Program-made: the position numbers and the translations under genes | From: Holophagales bacterium | GTDB lineage: Bacteria; Acidobacteriota; Thermoanaerobaculia; UBA5066 | Assembly (NCBI GenBank): GCA_016714815.1 | Contig: JADKBZ010000014.1 | Coordinates: forward strand, 83,320 to 147,319 | DNA: 64,000 nt | Direction of reading: 5' to 3' | Notes under the pieces: model-generated | Database searches by the model: none | What the model was told of the DNA's origin: nothing | The model's input: only the letters and a program-made list of their open reading frames with translations | In this document: piece after piece, positions 9,803 through 20,381 of the stretch | How the letters are laid out: every line of letters begins with the position of its first letter | How positions within the stretch are numbered: position 1 is the stretch's first letter

Positions 9803-10269
9803 GCGCTCTCGCCGAGGAGCTGACCATCCGAGACGTCCGGCCGGCCGACCTGGACGCGGTCGCGGAGCTGGAACGGATCTCCTTCCCCATACCGTGGAAA
9901 AGGGAGTTCTTCGCCTCGGAGGTGGGAACGGCCCATCGGTTCAACCGGGTCGTGCGCGCCCCCAACGGGATGCTCGCGGGCTACGTCTTCTGCGCCTTCG
10001 CGGCGGGCGAGATTCACGTCAACAAGATCGCCGTCGACCCGCGCTGGCGCCGCCAGGGCATCGCCGGGCTCCTGATGAAGGAGGTTCTCGGCCTCTCCGC
10101 CCGGATCCTGGCCGAAGAAATCTTCCTGGAGGTCCGTCCGTCGAACCTGCCGGCCCGTAACTTCTACACGTTGCTCGGGTTCCGGGAGGTGGGGCGCCGC
10201 CCGCAGTACTACGCCGACGGAGAGGACGCCCTCGTGATGTCTCTGTTTCTGCAGCCGCGACGACCTTGA
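9799..10269 (+). CDS. rimI: Ribosomal-protein-alanine N-acetyltransferase (GNAT)
   Basis: MSALAEELTIRDVRPADLDAVAELERISFPIPW...IAVDPRWRRQGIAGLLM (Q/RxxGxG/A acetyl-CoA motif). Its ATG overlaps the tsaB stop (ATGA), the conserved tsaB-rimI arrangement. Confidence 0.8.
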   Translation: MSALAEELTIRDVRPADLDAVAELERISFPIPWKREFFASEVGTAHRFNRVVRAPNGMLAGYVFCAFAAGEIHVNKIAVDPRWRRQGIAGLLMKEVLGLSARILAEEIFLEVRPSNLPARNFYTLLGFREVGRRPQYYADGEDALVMSLFLQPRRP

Positions 10270-10340
10270 CCTTGACTCTGCCCCTTCGAAAAAGGGAGAC
10301 TCGACGCGGCTCTTTCGAAATCCACTTCGAGGAGGTGTTC

Positions 10341-10580
10341 ATGCCGACTTTGACCGAAGAGTTGAAGCGCGAGCTGGCCCAGTCCCACGAGGAGTTCAAG
10401 AACCTCGTCCGCACCCATCACGACTTCGAGAAGCGGCTCGCCGAGCTCGCTTCAAAGACGTTCCTCTCGTCCGACGAGGAGGGCGAAGAGAAACGCCTGA
10501 AGAAACAAAAGCTCATCGTGAAGGACCGGATGGAGGAGATCGCTCGTGAGCACAGGGCCCGCGTGGGAGCGCCCCATTAG
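10341..10580 (+). CDS. DUF465 (YdcH-like) family small protein
   Basis: MPTLTEELKRELAQSHEEFKNLVRTHHDFEKRLAELASKTFLSSDEEGEEKRLKKQKLIVKDRMEEI. RBS GAGGAGG lies 6 nt upstream of this ATG. The track ORF starts 75 nt earlier, but that is probably not the real start. Confidence 0.6.
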   Translation: MPTLTEELKRELAQSHEEFKNLVRTHHDFEKRLAELASKTFLSSDEEGEEKRLKKQKLIVKDRMEEIAREHRARVGAPH

Positions 10581-10622
10581 GGCCGGCTCGCGCTCGACAG
10601 GTACGGTCCCGTCGACACATCC

Positions 10623-11393
10623 ATGACTGGAGCCTCCCAAGAGGTTCAGCGCCGCGGCGCCCGCCGCGGCGTTTACGTCATCCCGGCCCTTTTCACGGTC
10701 GGAAACATTTTCTGTGGCTACCTTTCGCTCGACGCGGCGGGCCACGCCCGGTACGACCTCGCCGCCGGCCTCATCTTTCTGGCCGGCTTCCTCGACTCGC
10801 TCGACGGCCGGGTGGCCCGCCTGACGGGCTCGACGTCGGCCTTCGGCGAGCAGCTCGACTCCCTCGCGGACGTCCTCTCGTTCGGTCTGGCACCGGCGTT
10901 TCTCGTCTACCACTGGACCCTCTCCGGCTACGACCGGACAGGGCTCCTCACCTCGTTCCTCTTCCTCGTCTGCGGAGCCTGCCGTCTCGCCCGCTTCAAC
11001 GTTCAGCTGAACGTCGTCGACAAGAGGTGGTTCGTCGGCCTCCCGATTCCGGCGGCGGCCGGGGCCCTCTGCGGGCTCATCTGGGTAATCCCCGAGTCGC
11101 TCTCCACCGACCCGCGGATCTCGGCCGCGTTCCTCGCCATCACCCTCGTCCTCGGTTTCCTCATGGTTTCGACGTTCCGGTACAAGTCCTTCAAGGACGT
11201 CGACTTCCGTTCCCGCCGGTCGGCCCGCCTCGTCCTGCTCATCGTCTTCGTGGTCGTCGCCGTCGCGGCGTGGCGGCCGGACGTCTGCCTCGCCGGGATC
11301 GCCCTCGTCTACGCCCTCTCCGCTCCGGTGACGCGTCTCGTCACGGCGCTCCTCCCCCGCAAGATGCCGCCCGCGGCCGGAGCCCCGGCATGA
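10623..11393 (+). CDS. pssA: CDP-diacylglycerol--serine O-phosphatidyltransferase (CDP-alcohol phosphatidyltransferase family)
   Basis: GNIFCGYLSLD...DSLDGRVARLTGSTSAFGEQLDSLADVLSFGLAPAF is the D(x)2DG(x)2AR...G(x)3D(x)3D motif. Multiple TM helices. Confidence 0.8.
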   Translation: MTGASQEVQRRGARRGVYVIPALFTVGNIFCGYLSLDAAGHARYDLAAGLIFLAGFLDSLDGRVARLTGSTSAFGEQLDSLADVLSFGLAPAFLVYHWTLSGYDRTGLLTSFLFLVCGACRLARFNVQLNVVDKRWFVGLPIPAAAGALCGLIWVIPESLSTDPRISAAFLAITLVLGFLMVSTFRYKSFKDVDFRSRRSARLVLLIVFVVVAVAAWRPDVCLAGIALVYALSAPVTRLVTALLPRKMPPAAGAPA

Positions 11394-12379
11394 GGGGCCT
11401 CTCCGTCGCCCTCGTAGACCCCGGGACTCTCGTCGGTCGTGACGTCAAGGCCGTCCTGCGCGAACGCGGCTTTCCGGCCGCCCACCTCCACCTGCTCCAG
11501 ACCGGCGACCCCTCCTCCGGTTTTCTGACCGAGGACGACGGGGAGGCGGCCTACGTGGCCGCCCTCGAGCCGGACAGTCTCTCCACCTGCCAGATCGCCT
11601 TCCTCTGCGGCCCGGCGAAGGCCACCAGTCGTTTCCTTTCCCAGAGAGGCCCTGACGGCTGCCTCGTCATCGACCTTTCGGGTCAGCGGACGATGGGGAC
11701 CTTCGTCGACGCGCTGCGGGAGGCTCTCCCCTCCCCGCTGCCGGCAGGCGACCACTTTCTCCTGCGCGATCCGGCCGCCATCGTCCTGGCGGACTCCGTC
11801 GCCGCGCTCGCGACTCTCCGCCCCGTCCAGGCCGTCACCGTGGCGATCGACCGGCCTGCGAGCGACCTCGGGAAGGACGCCCTCGACGAGCTCTTCCAGC
11901 AGGCGATCGCCGTCGCGTCGTTCCGGAGCGTTCCGAAGGAGCACCTCGGCACCCAGAGCGCCTTCAACCTCTACTTCCCCGCCGACTCGGACGCCTACGA
12001 GGCCCGTGTCGCCGGCGACGTCCGAGCCCTCCTGGGCCGGGATCTGACCATCGGCATCCTTTCGGCCCGGGCCAGCGTCTTCCACGGCACGACCCTGCGT
12101 CTCGAGGTTCGCTTCGAGGGCGAGGCGCCGGGCACCGAAGCCCTCCGCTCCGTCCTCCTGGCCGCGGGCCGCGGATTCGCCGAGGCCGAAGTGGACGGGC
12201 CGGCCGGAATCCTCGACGCCGCCGGGCGCGACGAGACCCTTCTCATCCGATCGGAATCCGCCGGAGCGGCGTGCCGGCTCTTCCTGGCCTCCGACGATCT
12301 GCGCCGCCCCGGCGCTCTCCTGGCGGTGCGAATCGCCGAAGCGGCAATCGCCGAACGAGGCCTGCTGCCCGACGCCTGA
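11390..12379 (+). CDS. Aspartate-semialdehyde dehydrogenase family protein (Asd/USG-1-like paralog)
   Basis: MRGLSVALVDPGTLVGRDVKAVLRERGFP..HLHLL is a Rossmann N-terminus, and ...ARASVFHGTTLRLEVRFE resembles the Asd dimerisation-domain motif (vPVFrGHsEavnvEfE). The ATG overlaps the pssA stop (ATGA). Confidence 0.5.
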   Translation: MRGLSVALVDPGTLVGRDVKAVLRERGFPAAHLHLLQTGDPSSGFLTEDDGEAAYVAALEPDSLSTCQIAFLCGPAKATSRFLSQRGPDGCLVIDLSGQRTMGTFVDALREALPSPLPAGDHFLLRDPAAIVLADSVAALATLRPVQAVTVAIDRPASDLGKDALDELFQQAIAVASFRSVPKEHLGTQSAFNLYFPADSDAYEARVAGDVRALLGRDLTIGILSARASVFHGTTLRLEVRFEGEAPGTEALRSVLLAAGRGFAEAEVDGPAGILDAAGRDETLLIRSESAGAACRLFLASDDLRRPGALLAVRIAEAAIAERGLLPDA

Positions 12380-12394
12380 CGGGCGGCTCCCGAT

Positions 12395-13951
12395 TCAGCG
12401 TCTCTTCAGCTTCGGGATCGGGGGCTGGCTCTTCGACGTTTCCTTCACCGGCTTCGACGAGGCCGGTGGCGCCGAGATGGCGACTTCGGTCTCGGCTCCG
12501 GTCAGCGTGCGCCCGTCGGGCAGGGTGAGCTGGTACGAAACGAAGGCGCGGGGCCGTCCTCCGGCGATCCGGATCGGCCCGACGAGGTTCGCCTCTTCCG
12601 GCCCGAAAAAGTTCTCGAAGAGCCGGCAGACCGTCGCCCGCCCGAACGGGGCCACCTGCTTCATGTCCCGCGCGGAGGCGAAGATCTCGTACCGGTCGAA
12701 GTCTCCCGCACCAAGGGCGGTGAAGACGCCCCCTTCGAGCCGAATCGTGACCTGGTTCCCGAATCGCGACAGCTCGCTCGGCGTCGGCCCCGGATTCGAC
12801 ACGCGCAGCCAGACCTCGCCCCCCCTGCCGGACCCGGCCACCGGCTCTACGGAGAGACTCGGTTCCCAGGGTTTTCCCGTCAGCAGCGCACGCACGGCCG
12901 GGTAGCCGCTCAGGCGGCCATCCCGGGGCACGCCGTCGAGTAGGAAGACGCGGCCCGCCAGGCGGGGTGCGCTCCACCTCGAGGTCGTCGAGACGAAGCG
13001 CACGAGGTCGGCGAAGGGGAGGAGATCGAACCGGGCCCGTCCGCCGTCGCCCGTCAGGAGGTTGCTGGTCTTCTCGTACCCGGCCCTCGGCTTGAAGTTG
13101 TAGATGCTCCCGGGATCGCTGGAGAGGACGGCGGCAAAGTCGAAATCGAGGTTCCGGTCCTCGGAAAGCTTGTCGAGCTCGCCGTCGGCGAGGCGGCGTG
13201 CCTTGGCACCCGTGCCCGCAACGCCATAGCCGCCCGGAACGAGCAGGAGCCGGAACGGGATCGGAAAGGCCTTCGCCTCCTCCTGGGACATCTCCTTGAC
13301 GAACGTGTCCGCGGTCTCCGGACGGCGTCCGAAGGAGAAGACGAGCGCCTCGTCGGCGGCCCCTTCGAGGGGCGCCCACGTGTCCTCGGGCGCCCCCGGC
13401 AGCACCGTCACCGAGAGGGTCAGCCCCTTCAGTCGCGCCTTGACGACGGCGAGCGCCTTTCCGAGAGCCGGCGCGTCGGTTGCCGAGGGGAGGAGGTGCA
13501 GGTGAACGCCGGAAACCCGGGCCCATCCCTTCGCCTCTGCCACGAGCTTGGCGGCGCCGCTCGCCCAGGCCTCACCGGTAGCCTCGGGTGAACCCGATCG
13601 GAGGCTCCCCTCGGCGCCCGGTTCCCCCATGAGGACGAGGACGACCGGCCGGTCGATCGCGTTCGGCGGCGGCGGGAAGGAACGGACCTGCCCTCCCGCC
13701 GTCAGCGACGCCGCGGCGACGTAGAGGCGGCGGACCCCCATCGCGTCGAATTCCCCAGCGAGGTCTTCCGGGACCACCGCGGGGGCCTCGGCCAGGAAAA
13801 GCGCGTCCTCGCGAGGAGGCGGAGCTGGAGAGCCCCGGCCAACGAGCGGCAGGCCCTTTTTGCATGCGCCCGTTCCGAATGCGCCGAGCAGAAAGAGACC
13901 GACGGCGATGCGACGCGCGAGCATTGATGAGGAGGGCATTTCAAAAATCAT
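12395..13951 (-). CDS. Hypothetical secreted lipoprotein / periplasmic protein, immediately downstream of the large sensor kinase
   Basis: Probable start MIFEMPSSSMLARRIAVGLFLLGAFGTGACKKG (signal peptide with Cys). No recognisable catalytic motif. The first 64 codons of the track ORF are probably not translated. Confidence 0.5.
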   Translation of the reverse strand: MIFEMPSSSMLARRIAVGLFLLGAFGTGACKKGLPLVGRGSPAPPPREDALFLAEAPAVVPEDLAGEFDAMGVRRLYVAAASLTAGGQVRSFPPPPNAIDRPVVLVLMGEPGAEGSLRSGSPEATGEAWASGAAKLVAEAKGWARVSGVHLHLLPSATDAPALGKALAVVKARLKGLTLSVTVLPGAPEDTWAPLEGAADEALVFSFGRRPETADTFVKEMSQEEAKAFPIPFRLLLVPGGYGVAGTGAKARRLADGELDKLSEDRNLDFDFAAVLSSDPGSIYNFKPRAGYEKTSNLLTGDGGRARFDLLPFADLVRFVSTTSRWSAPRLAGRVFLLDGVPRDGRLSGYPAVRALLTGKPWEPSLSVEPVAGSGRGGEVWLRVSNPGPTPSELSRFGNQVTIRLEGGVFTALGAGDFDRYEIFASARDMKQVAPFGRATVCRLFENFFGPEEANLVGPIRIAGGRPRAFVSYQLTLPDGRTLTGAETEVAISAPPASSKPVKETSKSQPPIPKLKRR

Positions 13952-13952
13952 A

Positions 13953-16900
13953 TCAGCCGGCCGCCGGCAGGACGAACCCAATTCGAAGCCCTCCCAGCGG
14001 CGAGCGTTCGGCCAGGAGCCTTCCGCCGTGCTCCTCGACGGCGCGGCGCGCGGCCGCCAGTCCCATCCCGGAACCACGGGATTTCGTCGAGAAGGAAGGA
14101 TCGAAGATCCGGTGGAGATCCCCTTCGGGAACTCCCGGCCCATCGTCCTCGCACGCGACTTCCACGCCGTCGCCTCCGTTCGGAGCGCCGACGCGCCTCG
14201 CCGCGACCTCGACCTGCCCCCCGGTTTCGCTCAGCGCCTCCACGGCGTTGAGGATGAAGTTCGACACGGCGTCCCGCAGCAGGGAACGGTCCACGAGAAG
14301 CCTTCCGAGCCCTTCTTCCGCCCGCCAGGAGACGCGAACGGTCGCGTGGGCGGCGAAGTCGGACGCCACCTCCGCCAGCAGCGCCGCCAGGCCCTCGCCC
14401 GTGAGGAGCGCCCTCTGGGGCGCCGCCGGGCTCGCGAACCGGGAGAGCCGCCCCGTCCGCTCCGTCAGGAGATCCACCTGCCGGAGGATCGTCGACGCCG
14501 CCTCGACGATCCTCCCGGCGTCGAGAGGAACGCCTCTCTGGCTGCTTCGCACGAGACGCTCCGCCGTCAGCCGAATCGGCGTCAGGGGGTTCTTGATGTC
14601 GTGGGCCACTGCACGGGCCGCCTCGACCCAGGTCTCGAGCCGCTCGGCGCGAGTGAAGTCGGTCAGGTCTTCCAGGAGGAGTACGGTCCGGTGACCTTCC
14701 GAGTCGGCCGAGAGATCGGCAACGACGACCCGCAGCACCTTCTCGCCGCCATCCACAGGGAGGGTGACTCTCGTCTCGTACGGCCTCGCGTGCCCGAGCG
14801 CCGCCAGGACGGGAGCGAACAGGGGCGCACCGAGCCGTTCGGCGATCCGCTCGCCCCCCGCGAGGAGAGCGTCGGCGGCCGGATTCGCGAAGAGAACGCG
14901 CCCGTCCTCCTCGCGGAAGAGAACGGCCGCGGGAGTCAGGCTTCCGAGGACGCTCACGGCCGCCTCCCGTTCGCGTTCCAGCAACTCCGTCCGTTCTCTC
15001 ACCCTCTCCGACATGACTCCGAAGGCTTCGACGAGCCGCGCGAGGTCGACCGTGTCCGGCGTTCGAATCGGCCCGGGCGTCTCGCCGGCGCCGACGCGTT
15101 CCGCCGCGGCGACCAGGTCCTCGAGGGGCCTGGACAGCGCGAGGGCCCCGCGGCCCCCGATCGCCAGGGCCCCGAGCGCGACACCCACGGCGAGAAGGAC
15201 GAGCGCGTCCACCCCTTCGCGCCCCGCGGTGTCCTCTCCGAGAACGACGGCGAGCGTCGTCCGCTCTTCCCGCGAGAGCGTCACCGCCGCCTCCGCCATC
15301 CGCCTCTCACCCGGCCGGACCGGCGCCCTGAGGACCGCGGCTTCGCTCGCGCCGTTCGCGAGCGCCGCCGCGACGAGCGAAGCGAGCCGCTCCGGCGCCA
15401 GGCCCGCCGCCACGGGAACGGCTCGGGAGGCCGCGGCGAGGGCTCCGTCGCGATAGAGGAGGAGGTCGACGCCGACGATCGAGGCCGCCCGGTTCAGCTC
15501 GGCGGGCGACGGCGTTCCCGCGAACCTCTCCTCGAGGACGCGGCGCCCCTCCGTCAGGAGCTGGAGCGCGCGCCGCTCGGTGGCGCGCGCGGAGGAGCGA
15601 TCGAGGGCGGTGCGAACCATCACGGCGCCGGCCGCCAGGGGAACGGCGCCCGAAACGAGAAGGGCGAGCGCGAGGCGTCCCCGGAACGAGCCGAAGAACC
15701 TTCTCCCCGAACCAGGGCGACGACCCTGGCGGGCGCGTCCGAGAACGAGGAGCTCTCCCCCGAGAACGACGAGGAGGGCGAATGGCAGGGCCATCTCGGC
15801 GGAGGCGACGACCGAGCCGAGCGCGAACGCCGGAGTGGGGATCTCGACGGCCCACCCGACGTAGCCGCTCCCCGCGCCGCGAACCGTCATCCGGAAGCGC
15901 CGGCCACCCGACAGCTCCGTGCCCCACGTGGTCCCTTCGCGACGGGCGCCGGCCAGGAGCGGCTCCGAGAGATCGGACCTCTCGAGGCGCCCCCTTCCCA
16001 GCGGCCGGCCCGCACCGTCGAAATCGATCCGCTCCACGGGACGGTCCGCCCAGTCCGGTTCGCCGAAGAGAGCCACCAGAAGGGGATCCTCCTCGTCCGC
16101 ATCGGGCCACGGCACCCGCGACAGGACCCCGACCGTACCCGGCACCGGAAGCCCGAGGCCGATCGCGGTTCCCCTCCCCTCGTCACCCGGCCGCATCGTC
16201 CCGAACGAGGAGAGGACCCGCCCCGCTTCGTCGCGAACGGTGAGGAGATCGCCCGGCTCGGGAAAACCGCCGGTCCGTCCGCGCACCCAGAGGGCGCGGG
16301 CGAGATCGCTCATCTGCGTCCGCCCGCCGTCCGGACGCCAGGGGTCGAGCTCCGGCCTGCCGACCCGCGCTTCCCACGCCGCGGGCTCCTCCTCCTCGAG
16401 CCGCTCCCGGTCGAGGCTCGACCGCGAGGCGGCCCTTTCGAGGCGGCCGTCGGTGCCGAGGACCCGGCCCAGCGAGGCGCCGGCCCCGGTCACGAAGGCC
16501 CCGGCCCCCACGACGAACGCGACGGCGACGGCCCTCGAGAGGAGGTCCGACGTCCCATACGCCCGGACCCGCTCGGACAGGCTCGCCGCGAGAAGGACGC
16601 TTCCCACGATCAGGAGGGCCGTCGTCGCGACGGACGGAACGGCGAAGAACGACCAGCCCGACGCCGCCAGGCCGGCGACACCCAGTCCGACGGCCGTGCG
16701 GCCGGCGCGAACCGCCCTGGACGCCAGGAGGGCCGAGATGCCCAGCAGGGCGCTCGAAAGGGCCACGAGCCCCGCGGACGAGAGCGGCGCCTCCAGCGGG
16801 CCCATGAAGAGGCCCAGCCCCAGGAGAAGCGACGGAGCCGATCGCCCGCCGGTCATACCGAGAAGGACCGGGACGGCGGCGATCGCGACGGCCAGCCCTC

Positions 16901-17843
16901 CGGCCGCCACGCGCCACGGCGCGCGGCGCTGCTCCTTCCCGCCCGTCGAGAGCGCCGAGCGGAAGAGAAGGATCGCCACGAAGCCGGTCAGCGCGACGTC
17001 GAAGGGCGTTGCGAGGAGGCCGGTCGGGTCGCTCAGGATCGGCGCGAAGGTCCCGGTCTCCGCTGCCGGAACGGCCAGAAGGAGGAGAAGCCGAGCCGCC
17101 ACGACCCCTGTCGACGGAGCCCGGGCCTGGAAGCCGAGCGCCAGAGCCGCGAGGGCGCCCAGGAGCGCCCAGGGCCGGGCCAGCGATCGGCGGACGTCGT
17201 CCTCGACGAGGGCCGGCGCAGCCGGTTCCAGCGCGAGCGCCAGGAGCCGGCCCGGAACGTTCGAAGCCCGGACCCGAACCTGGCGCAGCGTCGGAATGCC
17301 GGCCCGGGGGCGTGCCTCGAGCAGATCCGGCCGGACGATTCCGGTCGGGAATCGGCGCGTCACGACGACCCGCCCCCTCGACTCCAGGGCGCGGCCGATG
17401 GAGGACTCGTGAGACAGGGTCCCCTGCGTCACACGGAACGTGACCGCGAAGCTCCCCTTGCGCCCGGCGGCGGGGGCGGGAAGGTCTCCGGGCTCGCCCG
17501 CCCACGCGACGGCTCCTCCCGACCGGTCGAGCAGGACGACGCCCCAGCCGCTCTCCTTCGGAAGCGCCGAGCCCAGGAGCGCGAAGAGGCGCCCCGGCCG
17601 AACGCCGCCGCTCCCCCCCTCGACGATCTCGAGAAGCGCCGGGTCTGCGGCCAGACGCCTCGACGAGGCGGCCAGCCGCGCCGCGTCCCGCTCCAGGATC
17701 CTGGCGGCCCGCCCCGTCAGATACCCGGCACGCCGGACCTCCACCCCATCGGACAGAGGGCCGAGCCGGGCGGCGAGCGCTCCCGCGAGCCCCGCCGCGG
17801 CGAGGACGCCGAGGAGCGGCGCCACCACCCGGCGGTTCTTCAA
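13953..17843 (-). CDS. Large multi-TM sensor histidine kinase, NtrY-like (HAMP/PAS-HisKA-HATPase_c), ~1296 aa
   Basis: The C-terminal part has the H-box [19 protein letters not shown] (NtrY/NtrB type), then ...[21 protein letters not shown]...[42 protein letters not shown] (N, G1, F, G2 boxes). The N-terminal ~800 aa contain >10 hydrophobic helices. The probable TTG/GTG start overlaps the hutU stop. The N-terminal 450 aa of the 1744-aa track ORF are the antisense shadow of hutU. Confidence 0.75.
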   Translation of the reverse strand: MKNRRVVAPLLGVLAAAGLAGALAARLGPLSDGVEVRRAGYLTGRAARILERDAARLAASSRRLAADPALLEIVEGGSGGVRPGRLFALLGSALPKESGWGVVLLDRSGGAVAWAGEPGDLPAPAAGRKGSFAVTFRVTQGTLSHESSIGRALESRGRVVVTRRFPTGIVRPDLLEARPRAGIPTLRQVRVRASNVPGRLLALALEPAAPALVEDDVRRSLARPWALLGALAALALGFQARAPSTGVVAARLLLLLAVPAAETGTFAPILSDPTGLLATPFDVALTGFVAILLFRSALSTGGKEQRRAPWRVAAGGLAVAIAAVPVLLGMTGGRSAPSLLLGLGLFMGPLEAPLSSAGLVALSSALLGISALLASRAVRAGRTAVGLGVAGLAASGWSFFAVPSVATTALLIVGSVLLAASLSERVRAYGTSDLLSRAVAVAFVVGAGAFVTGAGASLGRVLGTDGRLERAASRSSLDRERLEEEEPAAWEARVGRPELDPWRPDGGRTQMSDLARALWVRGRTGGFPEPGDLLTVRDEAGRVLSSFGTMRPGDEGRGTAIGLGLPVPGTVGVLSRVPWPDADEEDPLLVALFGEPDWADRPVERIDFDGAGRPLGRGRLERSDLSEPLLAGARREGTTWGTELSGGRRFRMTVRGAGSGYVGWAVEIPTPAFALGSVVASAEMALPFALLVVLGGELLVLGRARQGRRPGSGRRFFGSFRGRLALALLVSGAVPLAAGAVMVRTALDRSSARATERRALQLLTEGRRVLEERFAGTPSPAELNRAASIVGVDLLLYRDGALAAASRAVPVAAGLAPERLASLVAAALANGASEAAVLRAPVRPGERRMAEAAVTLSREERTTLAVVLGEDTAGREGVDALVLLAVGVALGALAIGGRGALALSRPLEDLVAAAERVGAGETPGPIRTPDTVDLARLVEAFGVMSERVRERTELLEREREAAVSVLGSLTPAAVLFREEDGRVLFANPAADALLAGGERIAERLGAPLFAPVLAALGHARPYETRVTLPVDGGEKVLRVVVADLSADSEGHRTVLLLEDLTDFTRAERLETWVEAARAVAHDIKNPLTPIRLTAERLVRSSQRGVPLDAGRIVEAASTILRQVDLLTERTGRLSRFASPAAPQRALLTGEGLAALLAEVASDFAAHATVRVSWRAEEGLGRLLVDRSLLRDAVSNFILNAVEALSETGGQVEVAARRVGAPNGGDGVEVACEDDGPGVPEGDLHRIFDPSFSTKSRGSGMGLAAARRAVEEHGGRLLAERSPLGGLRIGFVLPAAG

Positions 17844-19522
17844 CGCCGCATCGGGATCGCGACGCCGTGCGCATCGGCGCAGGCGATGGCTTCCGGGTAC
17901 CCGGCGTCGACGTGCCGCACGATGCCCATGCCGGGATCGCTCACCAGGACCCGCGCGAGCCGCCGCGCGGCGGCTTCGGTCCCGTCCGCCACGACCACCA
18001 TCCCGGCGTGGATCGAGTACCCGATGCCGACTCCCCCGCCGTGGTGGATCGACACCCACGTCGCGCCGGCCGCCGTATTCACGAGCGCGTTCAGGAGCGG
18101 CCAGTCGGCGATGGCGTCGCTGCCGTCCTTCATCGCTTCCGTCTCCCGGTTCGGGGAGGCGACGGAGCCGCAGTCGAGGTGGTCGCGGCCGATGACGATC
18201 GGAGCCTTCACCTGCCCCGTCCGGACGAGCTCGTTGAAGGCGAGCCCCGCCTTCTCGCGCTCGCCGTAGCCGAGCCAGCAGATCCGCGCCGGGAGCCCCT
18301 GGAAGGCAACCCGCTTCGCCGCCATGTCGAGCCAGCGCAGGAGTGCCGTGTTCTCCGGGAAGAGCTCCGCGAGCGCCCGGTCGGTCGCGGCGATGTCGGC
18401 CGGGTCGCCCGAGAGCGCCGCCCAGCGGAACGGCCCCTTGCCGAGGCAGAAGAGCGGGCGGATGTACTTCGGGACGAAGCCCTCGATCTGGAAGGCGTCC
18501 GCGACCCCGGCCTTCACCGCCTGGGCACGGATGTTGTTGCCGTAGTCGAACGTGACGGCCCCGCGCCTCTGCAGCTCCAGCATCAGGCGGACGTGCTCGC
18601 CCATCGAGGCGACCGCCCGACGGCCGTACTCGGCCGGGTCGGCGACCCGCAGCGCGAGCGCGGCCTCGTAAGGGAGACCGTGCGGGACGTAGCCGTTCAG
18701 CTCGTCGTGCGCCGAGGTCTGGTCGGTCAGGAGGTCGGGAACGATTCCCCGCTCCACGAGCCGCGCGAGGAGGTCGACCGCGTTCGCCAGAACGCCGATC
18801 GAGACTCCCTCCTTCGCGTCGCGGGCCGAGAGGGCCCGGTCGATGGCGGCATCGAGGTCGTCGATCCGCTCGTCGCAGTACCGGGTCTGGATCCGGCGGT
18901 CGATCCGGTGGGGGTCGACCTCCGCAACGAGTGCGGTGCCGCCCGACATCGTCACGGCGAGGGGCTGCGCTCCGCCCATTCCGCCGAGGCCCGCGGTGAC
19001 GGCGAGCCGCCCAGCGAGGGAACCGTCGGGGGAGCCGAAGTCGCGCCTCGCCGCCTCGGCGAACGTCTCGTAGGTCCCCTGGAGGATCCCCTGCGTCCCG
19101 ATGTAGATCCACGAGCCGGCCGTCATCTGGCCGTACATCGTCAGGCCGAGGGCCTCGAGGCGCCGGAACTCGTCCCAGGTACCCCACGCCGGGACGAGAT
19201 TGGAATTGGCGATGAGGACCCGGGGCGCATCCGCGTGGGTGCGAAAGACCGCGACGGGCTTGCCCGACTGGACCAGGAGGGTCTCGTCGTCCCCCAGGAT
19301 CTCCAGCTCGTGCAGGATCGCCTCGAGGCAGGCCGGGTTGCGAGCGGCCTTGCCCGAGCCGCCGTAGACGACGAGGTCCTCGCGGCGCTCGGCCACGTCC
19401 GGATCGAGGTTGTTCAGGAGCATCCGGTAGGGCGCTTCCGTCAGCCAGGAGCGGCAGTGGAGCGTCGTCCCGCGCGGGAGGGCCGGCGGGGAGTAGCGGG
19501 CAGGGGCGGCAACGGTGCTCAT
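17840..19522 (-). CDS. hutU: Urocanate hydratase
   Basis: From the internal Met: [10 protein letters not shown]...[20 protein letters not shown]...[25 protein letters not shown]...[13 protein letters not shown] is a full-length urocanase signature (~560 aa). The first 40 codons of the track ORF are unlikely to be translated. Confidence 0.9.
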   Translation of the reverse strand: MSTVAAPARYSPPALPRGTTLHCRSWLTEAPYRMLLNNLDPDVAERREDLVVYGGSGKAARNPACLEAILHELEILGDDETLLVQSGKPVAVFRTHADAPRVLIANSNLVPAWGTWDEFRRLEALGLTMYGQMTAGSWIYIGTQGILQGTYETFAEAARRDFGSPDGSLAGRLAVTAGLGGMGGAQPLAVTMSGGTALVAEVDPHRIDRRIQTRYCDERIDDLDAAIDRALSARDAKEGVSIGVLANAVDLLARLVERGIVPDLLTDQTSAHDELNGYVPHGLPYEAALALRVADPAEYGRRAVASMGEHVRLMLELQRRGAVTFDYGNNIRAQAVKAGVADAFQIEGFVPKYIRPLFCLGKGPFRWAALSGDPADIAATDRALAELFPENTALLRWLDMAAKRVAFQGLPARICWLGYGEREKAGLAFNELVRTGQVKAPIVIGRDHLDCGSVASPNRETEAMKDGSDAIADWPLLNALVNTAAGATWVSIHHGGGVGIGYSIHAGMVVVADGTEAAARRLARVLVSDPGMGIVRHVDAGYPEAIACADAHGVAIPMRR

Positions 19523-19635
19523 TCCGTGAATGTTAGTCCCGCCCCGGCGCTTGCGGCGCCTCCGGAAACCGGACCGGTCCGCTCCGTGCCCGGGAGCGCA
19601 GCTCGAATAACGCGCTGCGCTAGCGTTCCTCCCGC

Positions 19636-19664
19636 TTGACACGGATTACGCACTGCGTTATCTT
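19636..19664 (+). promoter_or_regulatory. Putative sigma70-type promoter of phaR. Its spacer carries a perfect inverted repeat, ACGCA-c-TGCGT (19648-19658), which is a candidate PhaR autoregulatory operator
   Basis: TTGACA (19636-41), a 17-nt spacer, then TATCTT (19659-64). The ATG at 19674 implies a near-leaderless transcript. This is an AT-rich island within a 70% GC genome. A second TGC-rich partial palindrome, AACGCgctgcgctaGCGTT, lies just upstream. Confidence 0.35.
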
Positions 19665-19673
19665 TTTTTCACG

Positions 19674-20381
19674 ATGAGCCATCGCCTCAGGGAGATCGTC
19701 AGGTACCGGAACCGGAAGCTGTACGAGAAGAGCGAACGCCGCTTCGTCACGCTCCACGACATCGCCCGGAGCGTCGCGGATGGAGACCGCGTCCGGATCA
19801 TCTCGGCTGACACGGGCGACGACATCACGGCCCGCATCCTGTCCCGGGCCCTCGCCTCCGAGCGGGTCGCCATACCTGCCTCCTCCGACGCGATCGCCCT
19901 CCTCCTCCGAGCGGGGAGCGACGCCGCCGAGACGGTCGCCGGAGTGGCCGAGAGGGTGGGCGCCGCCCGGATGGCCGGAGCCGTGAGGATGGCCGCCCAG
20001 CCCGAGAAGATCGCGGAAACCTTCGCGCCGGTCGCGCGCCGGCTCGAGACGGCCCGCAACGACGTGGAGCGGATCGTCGCCGGGCTCGTCGGTCGCGGCC
20101 GGCTCTCGTGGGAAGAGGGCGCCCGCCTGAGGGACGACGTCGGCACGGTATTCCGGGAGAGCCTCTCCGACGTCGTCGCCCGCGTTCGCGATCTCGTCCG
20201 GAAGGTCTCTCCCTCCGCGTCCCCTGCCGTCCACGCCGAGATCCAGGAGCTGGCGAGGCGCCTCGATCACCTCGAGACGCTCGCCGCCGAGTCGTTCCCG
20301 AAGGACGCCAGACCGGCGACCCCTCCGAAAACCAATGGCAGGCCCTCGCCTGCTCGAATCACGAAGGAGAACAAGAAATGA
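19674..20381 (+). CDS. phaR: Polyhydroxyalkanoate synthesis repressor PhaR
   Basis: The N-terminus IVRYRNRKLYEKSERRFVTLHDIARSV matches the PHB/PHA accumulation regulator DNA-binding domain (IKKYPNRRLYDTxxSxYVTLxDl). A C-terminal PHB_acc-like helical region follows. Confidence 0.7.
   Translation: MSHRLREIVRYRNRKLYEKSERRFVTLHDIARSVADGDRVRIISADTGDDITARILSRALASERVAIPASSDAIALLLRAGSDAAETVAGVAERVGAARMAGAVRMAAQPEKIAETFAPVARRLETARNDVERIVAGLVGRGRLSWEEGARLRDDVGTVFRESLSDVVARVRDLVRKVSPSASPAVHAEIQELARRLDHLETLAAESFPKDARPATPPKTNGRPSPARITKENKK

Noticed and set aside
13860-19639. ORFs 13860..18269 (+, 1469 aa), 17867..19639 (+, 590 aa), 15919..17412 (+), 16183..17874 (-), and the N-terminal 450 aa of 13953..19187
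   Set aside because: They are antisense or alternative-frame shadows of the sensor kinase and hutU. The giant 1744-aa minus ORF is really two genes (kinase from ~17843, hutU from 19522) that happen to share a frame through the TTGA overlap.
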